Source: an uncultured virus (IMG/VR IMGVR_UViG_3300030116_006303)
Lineage: Duplodnaviria > Heunggongvirae > Uroviricota > Caudoviricetes
Length of the DNA stretch: 64,000 nt
Strand: one strand, 5' to 3'
IMG/VR virus record: IMGVR_UViG_3300030116_006303
Span: 1 to 64,000 of that record
Shown here: positions 26,571 through 39,250 of the stretch, piece after piece
How the letters are laid out: every line of letters begins with the position of its first letter
Position numbering within the stretch: the stretch's first letter is position 1
Made by a program: the position numbers and the translations under genes
The notes under the pieces: generated by a model
Told to the model about the DNA's origin: nothing
The model's input: only the letters and a program-made list of their open reading frames with translations
Database searches by the model: none

Positions 26571-26574
26571 CAGT

Positions 26575-26582
26575 TATAAATA
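26575..26582 (+). promoter_or_regulatory. T4-type late promoter
   Basis: TATAAATA upstream of gp25. Confidence 0.75.
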
Positions 26583-26602
26583 ATAGAAAATAGAGAATAA
26601 AA

Positions 26603-26998
26603 ATGCCAGAGATAAGAGAACCAGTATATAAAGACATTCCTATTTCATTTACTGCTCATCCCATCACTGGAAAAATAAAGAGCTTAATTAATAGAGATGC
26701 CGTAAAGCAGAGTGTCAAGAATATTGTATTAACAAATTTTTATGAAAGACCTTATAATCCCATATTAGGCGGTGATGTGTTAGCAAAACTTTTTGAGAAT
26801 ATGGGACCTCTCACTGAATACGAGATTTCAAATAATATACGTGAAGCATTAGATAACTTTGAACCAAGAGCTGAAGTGGATGAGATAAAGGTAGATGCCC
26901 TAGAAGATCAAAATGCACTGAATGTAACAATTACTTTTAGGGTGATTAATGATGTTGAACCAATATCGGTCACAGTATTTTTAGAGAGAGTTAGATAA
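26603..26998 (+). CDS. 25: Baseplate wedge subunit / sheath initiator (gp25)
   Basis: AVKQSVKNIVLT..ERP..P..G, FEPR. Confidence 0.93.
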   Translation: MPEIREPVYKDIPISFTAHPITGKIKSLINRDAVKQSVKNIVLTNFYERPYNPILGGDVLAKLFENMGPLTEYEISNNIREALDNFEPRAEVDEIKVDALEDQNALNVTITFRVINDVEPISVTVFLERVR

Positions 26999-28867
26999 AT
27001 GGCTGCAAATTCGTCCATTAGTGTCACAGATCTAGACTTTGATTCCATCAAATCTTCCATAAAGACATACATCTCTTCAAAGCCAGAGTTCACAGATTAT
27101 GATTTCGAAGGCTCTACGATTTCGATGCTTTTGGATTTATTATCATACAATACATATCAGAATGCTTTTTATACCAGCATGGTCGGCAATGAGATGTTTT
27201 TGGACTCTGCTCAATTACGAGAGAGTGTTGTTTCACGCGGTAAGATGTTGAACTATACTCCATCGTCAGAGAAAGGTGCGAGTGTATTTGTAAACATTGA
27301 CATTATACCGGATGATTCTCCAAATTTTGTAACTATTTCAAAAAATACTGAATTTTCGTCAACGATCGATGGCCGTACTTTTAAATATGTGACACCAGAA
27401 GCTACAACAATTTTTTCGTCTACGGGTACATTTACCGCTAATGTCGAGATTATAGAGGGTAGGCCAGTTACGCATCAATGGACGGTCGACAGCAATAATC
27501 CAGTTAAATATATTTTACCAAATGATAAGATAGATACGCGGTCTATCGATGTCGTAGTGCAAACAAGCTCGACCGACACATCTACAACAGTTTATACTCT
27601 TGCGGATGACATAACTGAAGTTAAAGCAACAACGCCGGTTTATTTTTTGCAGGAAGTTGATGAAGAGCAGTATGAAGTTTATTTTGGAGACAACGTTATT
27701 GGTAAATCTCCAGATAACGGAAATATAATAAAAATTTCATACCGCGTCTGCAATGGCGAAGACGGTAATGGTGTGTCGTCACTGACAAACCCATCTAGCA
27801 TCGGTGGTTATACATCCTTTACGGTTACTGTAAACGGATCAACTGCTGGTGGTCAATCGAAAGAAACAATAGAACAAATTAAATTTAATGCTCCAAAGAA
27901 TTTTGAAACTCAAAACAGAGCAGTCCTCGCAGAAGATTATAAACGTATCATACTCAGGGATAATTCTGATTTCAATTCAGTGAGTGTTTGGGGTGGTGAG
28001 GAAAATGATCCTCCCATCTTCGGTAAAGTATTTATAGCTATCAAACCTAAAGAATCAAATTTAATTTCATCGGATAGAAAAAATTCTATTAAAACAAACT
28101 TGAAAAAATATAACGTCCTATCCATAGATCCAGAGTTTGTCGACGCAACATTTTTGTATATCAATCCTACAGTAGAAGTATTTTTTGATAAAACTAGAAC
28201 ATCGCTGACTGCAGCGGAAGTTCAAAATAAAGTTTTAGATGCCATAACAGATTTTGAATCTAACTATCTTGGAACATTCATTCAACGTAGATTTAGATTT
28301 TCCACATTCGTCCGTGCGATAGATGTTGCGGATGGCTCTATTTTAGCTAGCCTCACATCATTACAGATGGAAAAGAGATTCGAGCCTTCAGTCACTGCAT
28401 CTTCAAACTACACCCTTGCTTTTAATAATAGACTGCATCACCCACATGCCGGTCACATTTATTCTATTGATTCTTCAGCATTCACGTTTAAGGGACGGAC
28501 AGAATCGTATTTTGATGATGATGGATATGGGATATTACGTATCTATTATATAGATGAATCACAGAATCAGCGTGTATATCTTGATAATACTGCAGGAACT
28601 GTCGATTACAAAAATGGTGTTGTAAAGATAGAAGGTTTCTTACCCTCCGCTTTTTCTGGATCAAGTATAAGCGTGTTCGCGAAACCGGACAAAGAAAATA
28701 TAGATTCACTGCGTAACCAAATACTACTAATTTCTAATGCTAAAGTTACTATGGTTGATGATGCTACATCCGCTATCTCAGCCACTACAGCAACTGCTAC
28801 TACATCTGGCGTAACGACAAGCACGCCTGGTACTTCATCTACACTTTCGAGTTCATCGGTTTACTAA
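26999..28867 (+). CDS. 6: Baseplate wedge subunit (gp6)
   Basis: DLDFD.IK, FTDYDFEGS, FLDSAQLR, QNRAV..DY, WGGE. Confidence 0.95.
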   Translation: MAANSSISVTDLDFDSIKSSIKTYISSKPEFTDYDFEGSTISMLLDLLSYNTYQNAFYTSMVGNEMFLDSAQLRESVVSRGKMLNYTPSSEKGASVFVNIDIIPDDSPNFVTISKNTEFSSTIDGRTFKYVTPEATTIFSSTGTFTANVEIIEGRPVTHQWTVDSNNPVKYILPNDKIDTRSIDVVVQTSSTDTSTTVYTLADDITEVKATTPVYFLQEVDEEQYEVYFGDNVIGKSPDNGNIIKISYRVCNGEDGNGVSSLTNPSSIGGYTSFTVTVNGSTAGGQSKETIEQIKFNAPKNFETQNRAVLAEDYKRIILRDNSDFNSVSVWGGEENDPPIFGKVFIAIKPKESNLISSDRKNSIKTNLKKYNVLSIDPEFVDATFLYINPTVEVFFDKTRTSLTAAEVQNKVLDAITDFESNYLGTFIQRRFRFSTFVRAIDVADGSILASLTSLQMEKRFEPSVTASSNYTLAFNNRLHHPHAGHIYSIDSSAFTFKGRTESYFDDDGYGILRIYYIDESQNQRVYLDNTAGTVDYKNGVVKIEGFLPSAFSGSSISVFAKPDKENIDSLRNQILLISNAKVTMVDDATSAISATTATATTSGVTTSTPGTSSTLSSSSVY

Positions 28868-28870
28868 ACA

Positions 28871-31291
28871 ATGTCTACTGACGAAAAAATATCAACCATT
28901 GTTGATCAACAGTTTCCGTTCTTTGTTCGAGACGATGGTCCGCAGCTCATAGCATTCGTCAAAGCATATTATGAGTATCTGGAGCAATCTAATAATGCTC
29001 TTGAGGTATCGAAAAATCTTTTAAATTATCAAGACATCGATAATACGTATGAAAAATACTTAGAATTCTTTCATCGTGAGATTATGGATGATATTCCTCG
29101 AGATGTTTTAGCAGATAGAAATAAACTAGCAAAACACATCAAAGATTTATACAGATCAAGGGGTTCCCAACTTTCTTATCAGTTGCTGTTTAGAATCCTT
29201 TACAATGAAGAAATAGATTTTTATTATCCAGGCGAAGACATACTACGTGCATCTGACGGTCGTTGGGTTTTGGAAAAATCCATTCGTGTCGGTCCACCTA
29301 AATCTTCAAGCTATAGTGCGGATGCTTTTGTCAATAATAAAATTATTGGATTGAGTAGCCTAGCAACTGCCAGGGTAGAAAGGGCTGATTTAACTCTAAG
29401 TAGTGGTGTTGTCGTTGACGAATTTTATCTCATCGACATCGAAGGAACTTTTGAGGACAATGAAGAAGTTGCTCTATATGATGACAGAACTGTCAAAGCC
29501 ACTTTGTTTGCGACATCCGGACCACTACAGAGTTTAACAATACAAAAAGGTGGAGCATTCCATCAAACTGGGGATTCGGTCGACTTACTGAGCACTTCTG
29601 GGTCTGGCGCTAATGGTGTTGTACTAGAGACTACAGGAACGAGTGCCGCTCAGTGGAGTATCGAAAGAGGTGGATCCGGATACACCCTCGGATCTACGAT
29701 TAACATCGATCACGGATCTGGTTTTGAATCAAGTTTTAGTATAGCAACTCTATCTAATACAAGTGTTGTTGCTATTAACTCTGATACTATTTTGCCTATG
29801 GCAAATGTAGTTTTAAATACTGGTCCAAGATTTGTTTCGCTTGGTGCTAACACAACTTCTGTAAGCGCCAATCTTGCAGTTGCGAATGTTTCTTCTAAGA
29901 TTGTTAACGGACTTAAATTTACCAACACAACGTTCGGAACGATTAATTCGTTATCACAATCTAATTATGGTTATGGGTATAATCCCGCTTTACCTACAGC
30001 GAATGTAACAGAGCCTCTACTTGCCGATACATTTACAATAGATCCTGACGGTGGGTTTAAAGGTAGAAACGCAGTTATCGTTGCGACTCATGCTCCAGGT
30101 GCGATATCATCGGTGAAAGTGAGTAACTTTGGAAGTGAGTATAGTAGATTTGATCCTATTACGATAAACAATCTAACAAGAGCTGGGACACAATCGGCTG
30201 TAGGTTATCCAAATATTTCGGGTATCATTAATTATCCAGGAAAATATATTGATACTAAAGGTTGGCTTTCTTGGAATAATAAACTTCAAGATAACTTCTA
30301 TTATCAAGAGTTTTCGTATGAATTAAAAACTAACCAAGTCACTAATACATATCGCCAGTTGGTTCATGATATAGTTCATCCTGCCGGAACTAAAATGTTT
30401 GGTCGGTATACGTTTTATTCCGATCTCCAAACAACTTTGGCTGTTATGGATGATTCGAGTGTAACTTATAATATTGAAAACACGATAACACTAAATGTGC
30501 CAGAGGTTGTATCTGATACTGTATCTGAATATGTAGAAACTGCGGCAAACACCTCGCCTGAAATTACTTACAACACTCTGACCGCAGAGCCGACAGTCGT
30601 AACGGCTGAGTCTATATTTAATATTATGAAAACAGCGAGGGGAACGATTAGCATCTCTTCGAATAATATTATCGGTGCATATGCTAGTATTCCGATTAGC
30701 ACATACGCTAGCATGCCGATCGGTAATCTTGGACAACCGACAACTCTGGTTGGTAATAATACATTCTTCACATCTGATATCCCGATGGCGAATACCAGAA
30801 TTATGATCGTCGGTGGCGCACCGTTTAATATTGCTAACGGTGTATACTTTATCGCGAATACAAGTTCGAATACCAACTCGACAATATCTTACCGCTACGT
30901 GGCAAATACTTTAACGAATGGTACGTTCTTCTACAATACACTAACAGAAAATACATATAACATCAACGTTGTAAATTCCGGAGCAGCTGCATTTGTACTT
31001 ACTGGTGTGGATAGGCTGGCAGCAGTTAGTGGTAACAATAAGACCGTAACAATGAATGTTGGTGATACTGTAAACTTTGCAGTGAATGCATCGGGTCATC
31101 CGTTCTACATCAAGACAGCCGCAGGAACAGGCTCAGGTAATCAGGTTACGACACCGACAGCAACGAACCAAGGCGCACAGGTTGGAACAGTGTCTTGGAA
31201 GCCGAACACTGCTGGTACTTACTTCTATCAGTGCGGCAACCACAGCGCCATGGTCGGACAAATTATAGTAAGAGCAGCTGGAACCGCCTAG
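28871..31291 (+). CDS. 7: Baseplate wedge initiator (gp7-like) with C-terminal cupredoxin domain
   Basis: FVKAYYEY, IKDLYRSRG, LQDNFYYQEFSY, VHPAG; C-terminal HPFY...CGNHSAM. Confidence 0.82.
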   Translation: MSTDEKISTIVDQQFPFFVRDDGPQLIAFVKAYYEYLEQSNNALEVSKNLLNYQDIDNTYEKYLEFFHREIMDDIPRDVLADRNKLAKHIKDLYRSRGSQLSYQLLFRILYNEEIDFYYPGEDILRASDGRWVLEKSIRVGPPKSSSYSADAFVNNKIIGLSSLATARVERADLTLSSGVVVDEFYLIDIEGTFEDNEEVALYDDRTVKATLFATSGPLQSLTIQKGGAFHQTGDSVDLLSTSGSGANGVVLETTGTSAAQWSIERGGSGYTLGSTINIDHGSGFESSFSIATLSNTSVVAINSDTILPMANVVLNTGPRFVSLGANTTSVSANLAVANVSSKIVNGLKFTNTTFGTINSLSQSNYGYGYNPALPTANVTEPLLADTFTIDPDGGFKGRNAVIVATHAPGAISSVKVSNFGSEYSRFDPITINNLTRAGTQSAVGYPNISGIINYPGKYIDTKGWLSWNNKLQDNFYYQEFSYELKTNQVTNTYRQLVHDIVHPAGTKMFGRYTFYSDLQTTLAVMDDSSVTYNIENTITLNVPEVVSDTVSEYVETAANTSPEITYNTLTAEPTVVTAESIFNIMKTARGTISISSNNIIGAYASIPISTYASMPIGNLGQPTTLVGNNTFFTSDIPMANTRIMIVGGAPFNIANGVYFIANTSSNTNSTISYRYVANTLTNGTFFYNTLTENTYNINVVNSGAAAFVLTGVDRLAAVSGNNKTVTMNVGDTVNFAVNASGHPFYIKTAAGTGSGNQVTTPTATNQGAQVGTVSWKPNTAGTYFYQCGNHSAMVGQIIVRAAGTA

Positions 31292-31297
31292 ATGCTT

Positions 31298-31305
31298 TAT
31301 AAATA
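31298..31305 (+). promoter_or_regulatory. T4-type late promoter
   Basis: TATAAATA upstream of gp8. Confidence 0.75.
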
Positions 31306-31339
31306 AAAGGAAATAATCTTAGGATTCGAGGGTTAAATA

Positions 31340-32920
31340 ATGCCAGGGACAGTAACAAGACGCTTCAGGGTTCATAATGCTGAACAATTTCATGAAGCAT
31401 TTAGTGAAACCGCATCCACAAAGATGTATCTATACATTGCTCGTGTATCATCTTGGCCAGATGATGCAAATCCGCCTACTCCGACGGACAGTATTCAGCA
31501 AACTGAATACGATAACTGGAAGAAGATGTTGGCGGCGAAAAGAGTTCAGTCGTCTGATGTAACATTTGCGATTCCGAGATACAACTGGTCGACTGGTAAA
31601 GTTTATCGTGAATATGATACTACATCCACCACCCTCTTCGATACGCCTGCAGGATCAAATACATTTTATGTAGTGTCTAGTGCATTCAATGTTTATAAAT
31701 GCCTATTTAATAACAAAGGTGCAGCTTCTACGGTAGAACCAACTGGCACATCCACTTCCACTCTACAAACGGCTGACGGTTATAAGTGGAAGTTCATGTA
31801 CAATATTAATGCTGGCGATGCTCTGAAGTTTTTGACTGATAACTTCGCTCCTATTAAAACATTAGCAGCGGATGATGGATCAGCTCAGTTCGATGTTCAA
31901 AGTGCGGCTGCGAATGGTGCTATCGACGTTATCGATGTTCGGGCGGGTGGCAGCTTGTATATGACAAACTCTGGCACGTTAGCTGCTGTTGCCGATGGCG
32001 ACACGATGACACTCGCCGCTGGCGCTAATACATCAGATAATATTTACAATGGTTCTGCGCTTTACCTCGCAAGCGGAACAGGCGCTGGACAGGTTCGCGA
32101 AATCGTTGATTACAACGGATCCACTAGAGTGGTGCAGTTGAAATCAGTATTCTCGGTTGTCCCTAATACCTCGACGACTTATCAGATTGGTCCGCTCGTA
32201 ACTGTAACGGGTGATGGCACGGGCGCTACAGCCTTCGCTAATGTTGCGACAGCATCATCGAACGCAGTCAATCAAATCACTATGATTTCTACGGGCACTA
32301 ATTATTCTGAGGCAACTGTCGCTATCACAGCGAATAGTAGTCATGGTTCTGGTGCTACTGCTGTAGCTTATGTTTCACCTCCAGGCGGTCACGGATCGGA
32401 TCCTGTGGGTGAGTTTGCAGCGCACAACGTTATATTAAACGTACAGCTCTCAGGTACGGAAGGGGGAACTTTCCCAACAACAAATGATTTCCGAACGGTT
32501 GGTTTACTTCGTGATCCTCAAGTCGCCAATGGTTCGGTGGCTACGGGCACAAGATATGATCAAACAACTCGCCTTACGGTAGCCAGTGTTTCGGGATCGG
32601 CGGCATATACTCTCGATGAAACGATTCGTGGAAATACATCAGGAGCGGTTGGTAAATTTGTTAAGTTTGCGAATACAAATGCCGCTAATACAGCGGGTGT
32701 GGTTCATATAACAGATAGTATTTCTAATGGTTCTTTCAGCGGGTCAGAAACTGTCAAAGGGTTGACAAGTGGTATCACCGCAACATTGAGTTCAATCACA
32801 CTACCGAAAACGAGCGATTTGGTGCCGTTCACTGGAGATCATATATATGTTGAAAACCGAGCGCCGATCTCACGTGCATCCGATCAAATAGAAGATATCA
32901 AACTCGTAGTGAAATTCTAA
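31340..32920 (+). CDS. 8: Baseplate wedge subunit (gp8-like)
   Basis: VYKCLFN, DGYKWKFMY, GGHG.DP, YVENR.PI.R..DQ.EDIK. Confidence 0.9.
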   Translation: MPGTVTRRFRVHNAEQFHEAFSETASTKMYLYIARVSSWPDDANPPTPTDSIQQTEYDNWKKMLAAKRVQSSDVTFAIPRYNWSTGKVYREYDTTSTTLFDTPAGSNTFYVVSSAFNVYKCLFNNKGAASTVEPTGTSTSTLQTADGYKWKFMYNINAGDALKFLTDNFAPIKTLAADDGSAQFDVQSAAANGAIDVIDVRAGGSLYMTNSGTLAAVADGDTMTLAAGANTSDNIYNGSALYLASGTGAGQVREIVDYNGSTRVVQLKSVFSVVPNTSTTYQIGPLVTVTGDGTGATAFANVATASSNAVNQITMISTGTNYSEATVAITANSSHGSGATAVAYVSPPGGHGSDPVGEFAAHNVILNVQLSGTEGGTFPTTNDFRTVGLLRDPQVANGSVATGTRYDQTTRLTVASVSGSAAYTLDETIRGNTSGAVGKFVKFANTNAANTAGVVHITDSISNGSFSGSETVKGLTSGITATLSSITLPKTSDLVPFTGDHIYVENRAPISRASDQIEDIKLVVKF

Positions 32921-32932
32921 GGATTTAGTTGA

Positions 32933-35900
32933 ATGGCTTTCGCAAATACTGCATCTTTATCGACAGATTTAAATGTCGATCCTTATTATGATGACTTCGA
33001 TGAAACAAAAAACTTTCATCGAATACTGTTCCGTCCGGGATTAGCAGTTCAGGCACGTGAACTCACACAGTTACAAACTATGCTCCAAAACCAAATAGAT
33101 CGGTTTGGTGAGCATATTTTCAAAGAGGGCAGTACGGTTCGTGGTTTGGAAATGAATTATGATAGGGTTTTACCTTTCGTAAAGTTGAGAGATGCAGATC
33201 AAACCGGAGCGACCGTCAACACCGCAGCGTTTATAGGATCCGAGCTTACCGGAGGAACGACTGGTGTAAAGGCATTCGTGGTAGATGCACTAGAGGGTGC
33301 TGAAGCCAATAATCCGAATATGAAAACGCTGTATATCAAGTATATCAGTTCTGGAACAACAGGAACGACTGCTGCATTTGCTAGCGGAGAAGTGCTTACT
33401 TCGAATACATCATTACAAGCCAACGTCGTAACTTCTAATTCATCAGTAACTCCTACAGGCACTGGCTCTCGGATAGATTTTGCCGAGGGAATATTTTATG
33501 CAAAAGATCACTTCATTCGAGTTCCTCAAGCCAATAGTATAGTTGGTAGGTATGATGCGAATACAAATGTAAAAATTGGGTTCGTAATTAATGAAACTCA
33601 AACTACCTCTGACACAGATACAACATTGTTAGATCCTGCTCAAGGATCCTTTAACTTCGCTGCGCCAGGAGCGAATAGATTAAAACTAACTCCAGTCCTC
33701 ACTGTGAAAAACTTAACAGATGAAGATCTTAATTTCGTCGAGCGTGCAAGGATAAAGAATGGAGAATTATATGCTAAACAAGATAAACCGATGTACTCTG
33801 TTATTAATGAGTATATCGCTAGGAGAACGCACGACGAATCAGGCGATTATATTGTTAAGGGATTATTCACAAAAGTAAGAGAACACCTAAACACTGCTAA
33901 TAATGGTGGGATATTCACAGCGCCAACAGGAGATACCAACAAATTAGCAATTAAGGTTGCGCCAGGTAAAGCATATATTAAAGGGTATGAAACAGAACTA
34001 ACAAGTTCAAGAGTAGCGGTCGTAGATAAAGCTACTGATTTCGAAAGCGTAGATGATATTCCTATTACTGTTCAGTATGGGAACTTTGTTCAGGTTAATG
34101 AAGTTTCTGGAGCATTTGATATCACAGGGCATGATGTTGTTTCCCTTTATAATACACCATTCAATTCCATATCCAATAGCAGTTTTGGTTCATCTAGTAT
34201 TACCGGAAGGACTAAAATTGGTGAGGCTCGTGTGAGAGCACTTGAACATAGCAGTGGCGAAAAAGGCGATAACGACTGCGTCTATAATATGTACCTCTAT
34301 GATATCAATATGACAGCTAATAATATAAGTGCTGTGCGTGGAATTTATTTTGATAATGGTGCATTTGATGGAGTTGCAGATACGGTAGTCACGACCGGAA
34401 ATACTGTTTTATCTGATACCAAATTTAATCGTGGTGTCTTTGAAATACCAGCAAGTAATATTAAAACGATTCGTGAATCCGATGGAAATACCATAGATAA
34501 TGATTTTATTTTCCAAGATGGATTTGATGTCACGATCGCAGCGGCTGGAACTGTTACAGTAACGACTGATGGCTCCGATGAAATTTTTAATCTGTCAACC
34601 GGAGCGGTAAGCGACGCAAATAAAAAGTCAAACTTTCAGCTCGTATTAAAAGGTACGGCTACTAGCGCTGGATCTCTTGGTTCTGCTACCATATCAAACC
34701 AAGGGCACACCATTAGTATGACGGGCGCAGCTACGAAATTAAATGTTGGTGAGGTCGTCTCAGTTGCGGGTTACTCTAATACCTTTACCATTAACAGCGT
34801 AGCAACCAACTCAATTACTACCCATGAAAGAGGGTTAAAAGCTGTAACAGGGAACCTAACTAAATCATTCCAGGCTGGTCAGGTTATTAATCTTTCTGGT
34901 GTTGGCGGGGATGCTGCATCAAGATCAGTGACAATCAACTCCACAACACAAGCTACTATTGATCTTCAAGAAACACTGGCTTCGGGTGTCACCGCAAAGG
35001 TGTTTGCTAAACTGAAAAAACAGAACGGACGAGAGATGCCAAAACGATCAATGAAAGTAGGTTTGTAGAATTAAATATATCACAAGGTCACTCTAATACA
35101 TCGGTTGGTTCTCCAGGAACTTCTGGACCATTCAACCTTGGTTTATCCGATGGGCATAAACTTCGCTCGGTAAGATTAAAAACTGGCAATACGTTTTTCG
35201 CTAACACGACCGAGGGAACAGATGTAACCACGGAGTTCTTACTTGACACAGGGATGACGGATAACTTGTACGGTCATTCAAAATTAAAACTCAAGGGTGG
35301 TTCTACACATCTCATTGCTAACGGTAATGTTTACCTCGTAGAGTTAGACTTCTTCACGCATGATACATCTTCTGGTGTTGGATATTTCTCAGTCGATTCC
35401 TATCCGATTGATGATACAAATACGGCAAACACAACAGCAATTCAAACAGCCGAGATACCTATCTACGAGTCCAAAACGACTGGTGAGAGATTTGATCTTC
35501 GCAACTGTATTGACATTCGTCCAAGGATTACAGATACTGCTAATAATGTTGCAGTGGGAGCCTTTGCTAATATAACACGTAACCCTGCACTTTCTACAGA
35601 GGTAGTCGAACCAACCAGCGGTTTAAGGTATCCTGCACCGGATGAAAACTTCACTATAGATTTCCAATACTATCTACCAAGAAGAGATAGGATTTTAATC
35701 ACCAAAACTGGAGCGGTTCAAGTAGTAAAGGGTGTCCCAAGTTTAGATCCCAGAACTCCTGGTGCAACAACGGAAGGAATGACGATTGCTATTGTTGATG
35801 TAAAGCCATTCCCATCACTTCCGCAAGAAAATGCCGCAAGGATAAGAACAGCAACTGCCCCGAATGGTCGACCGGATGTGGCAATAAGATTACGACCCAA

Positions 35901-38900
35901 ACGTATCCGTAGATATACAATGAAAGATATTATGGGTCTTGAGGAAAGAATCGATAACCTAGAGTACTATACATCTCTATCGTTACTCGAAGCGGATACT
36001 AAGAGCTTGTTCTTAGTGGATGGATCGGGTGTTGATAGATTTAAGAATGGTATTATTGTAGATCAATTTGTTGATTTTACGTCATCAGATTTCTTTAATG
36101 AAGGATATGCGGTTTCCCTTGATAGGAAGAAAAAAGAAGCGAGACCGTCATTTAAGGTCGATGATGTTCAGTTTGAATTTTTGTCAGCAAATTCGACAAA
36201 TGCAACTGTAAGATCCAAAGATGCGACAGTAACCATATCAACCTCAGGCACATACTCTAATGGAGAGACTATTTCCCAGGGTTCAACAAATGGTAAGTTA
36301 GTCTATCAGGTAGGCGATAAACTTTATATAGAAAATGTTACTGGAGCATTCACCACCTCTGCTAATGTTGTGGGCGGCACCTCATCAACTTCTCGGGCAG
36401 TTTCCACGGTAGCAACGCCAAATGATGGTAAACTTGTTACATTACCATACACACATGATCTTGCTATAGAACAAAATTTTGCCTCGACGACTCGAAATAC
36501 TGCTGGATTGTTTTATAACTTTAGAGGTTTATTGCAACTGAATCCAGAAACTGATTACTGGCAAGATATAACAACAGCTCCAGCTGTCCAAATAGATTTC
36601 GGTAACTTTGCTGATGCGCTTGAGAATATAGCTAATGCTGTAGGAACTCAGTTCGGAGAGTTTTCCACATTCTCAGTTGATACCGATATATCAGCGGCTG
36701 GTATAACAACTGTAACAAATCAGAGAAGAGAGGGAACCAAAATTAATGTTAATCGAGGTAGAGTTGTAGAAACTGACCTCGGAGAATCTATTCAAGATTT
36801 AAACATTATTCCTCATATGAGATCTCGCGAAATACAAGTTACGGCATCGGGAATGAAGCCGAGCACTAAATTATTTGCTTTCTTCGACGATGAAAATGTA
36901 ACAGCATTTATATCACCAGCTAACTCTACTTTCGGTAATACAGCCTCTGAAGGATCAGACTTAATTACAGATTCCGAGGGAGTCGCTAGAGCCATATTCC
37001 GGTTACCTAATAATGATCAAATCAAGTTCTTAAATGGTAATTTAAAATTAAGGCTATCTGATAGCCCCACAAATTCCAGAGAGCAAGGATTGTTTACCAC
37101 ATCCGCAGAAGCAGTTTATAGTGCTAGTGGTATGGAATTGTTTAAACAAGGTGCTGTTATAACCACTAGAGATATATCAATTACAACTGAACAAGTATTT
37201 GAAACTCGATCGGTATCTAGTTTCTCACCTGCGGCTCCTCAAACCGCTGGTAATGTCGATGACAATGGCGATGCCGGTGATGATCCTATTGCACAGTCAT
37301 TTAGAGTTGATGATGGAATTGGTACTTTAACAACTGGAGTATTCCTGACCAAGTTAGATTTGTATTTCAGGACTAAAGATCCCAACTTACCAATTCAGTT
37401 AGAAATAGTTGAGGTTGATCCTGAAAGTTCATATCTAACTAATAGAGTTGTTCCTTTCAGCGAGTTCGAAGTACCAGCGGCTGATATCAATGTCAGTTCG
37501 GACGCTAGCGCACCAACTCCCATTATATTTGAAACTCCAATTTATCTAGTGCGTGGCGAACAATATGCATTTAAGATTACTCCCGCTCAGGCAAATCCAA
37601 ACTATACGGTCTGGGCAGCAAAGCTAGGGGAAACTGATACCTTAACTAATAATAGAATCGTAAAACAACCTGCCTCGGGAACTATGTTCGCTTCTTCGAA
37701 TGATTTGGGTTTCAGTCCGGTGCAAACAGAAGATATCAAGTATAGAATGTATTTTGCTGACTTTGGAACAAATAAAACCGGAACTGCGGTATTTAAAAAT
37801 GTCGATAAAGAATACTTTACTCTCGCGAACACAGATAACACGAGCGTGTTCAATCGTATCGGCGAAACTGTACATGGCGAATCTACCATCACCTTTACTT
37901 CACAACCGAGCGCTAATGCTGGATTAAGTTTATTGAGCATCTCCGGTTCCGGAGCTGGAGCGAATGGCATCGTAACATTCAAGAGCGCAAACACCGCTCG
38001 GGTCAAAGAGGTCACGCTTGCAAATAAATTCCAAGCTGGTGATACTGTAAGGGTGATGAACACCAATGGTAGTGCGACTGGAACGACTGCGGTAATCCAC
38101 AGCGTTACCACTCCAACAGGTAAGGTGTACTTCTTTGACAATCAAACACAGGCAAACACATTCGTACATCTTGAAAAACCCACTGGTAACTTTGCCGCTA
38201 ACACCTTCCTACGTGGTCAGGTAAGCGGTTTGGATGCTAGAATTAAAACTGTCGAAAATTTACCAGCCGATATGTTTGAAACTCGGGTCAGTAAGCTGGT
38301 ACCGGAAACTACTGCTGTTTCGGCAACTGCTAAATTTGCGGCAGCTCCTGGTAGTTTAGATACAACATTCAGGGTGTATAACTTAATCGGTGAAACGATT
38401 TATGCGGACAGGAAGTTTATTCATAGTAGATCAAACGAGATTGCCAACCTTAGTAGTAAAAAATCTGGTGAAATTAGAATGACTCTTACGAATGGTGGAA
38501 CAAAACAATTATCACCTGCTATTGATAATGACCGAAGTGCGGTATTAACAATAGAGAATCTAATTAACAACGATTCCACTAATGAAACGACATCTGATAA
38601 AGGTAATGCTCTCGCTCGATATGTAATGAGAACTGTCACCCTCGATGATGGTCAGGATGCTGAAGACCTGAAAGTTTTCTGCGGTGCATATAAACCATCG
38701 ACCGCTACGATCGAAGTCTTCGGTAAATTCTTGAATGGAGAGGATGGACAAAACTTCGATGACAAGACTTGGATAAAATTGACACAGGTCACCCCTGCTA
38801 CAATTCATTCGGATTCTGAAAATCAGGAAGATTTCGAGGAGTTTGAATTTACAGTACCGACTGCAAGTTTGACCGGAGATGCTGGTGAGTTGCAATACAC

Positions 38901-39024
38901 TACCGCAGAGGGAGTAACATTCACAGGCTTCAAACGATTTAAAATTAAGGTCGTGTTACTTTCAACTTCAACTTCAAGAGTGCCCCGTATACGAGACTTA
39001 CGAGCGGTCGCACTTCAAATCTAA
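32933..39024 (+). CDS. Large VrlC-like (DUF4815-type) structural protein, split by a -1 frameshift near 35012-35068
   Basis: N-terminal PYYDDF..KNFHRILFRPG..VQARELTQLQ; the -1 frame is open from about 35012 into ORF 35254-39024 (RYTMKDI..LE.RI..LEYYTSLSLLE; ends P.I.DLRA.A). Confidence 0.8.
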
Positions 39025-39035
39025 GAGAAGGAATA

Positions 39036-39248
39036 ATGAAGTTACAACCAATAAAGGATGCCGAAGGGTATAAAAGAGATCCAGAAAGTGGAGCTGTTCT
39101 GTCTGTTGACAAACGAGCACTCCAAGCATACAAACTTAAAAAAAGAAAACAGAATGCAGTTCTGGACGATATAAATATTATAAAATCGGAACTTGAAGAG
39201 TTGAAAACAATGCTAAAACTTATTCTCTCTTCGGAAAAAGGTAATTAA
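39036..39248 (+). CDS. Small hypothetical protein
   Basis: RDP.SGAVL motif and coiled-coil end; contains TATAAATA at 39170-39177. Confidence 0.7.
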   Translation: MKLQPIKDAEGYKRDPESGAVLSVDKRALQAYKLKKRKQNAVLDDINIIKSELEELKTMLKLILSSEKGN

Positions 39249-39250
39249 AA

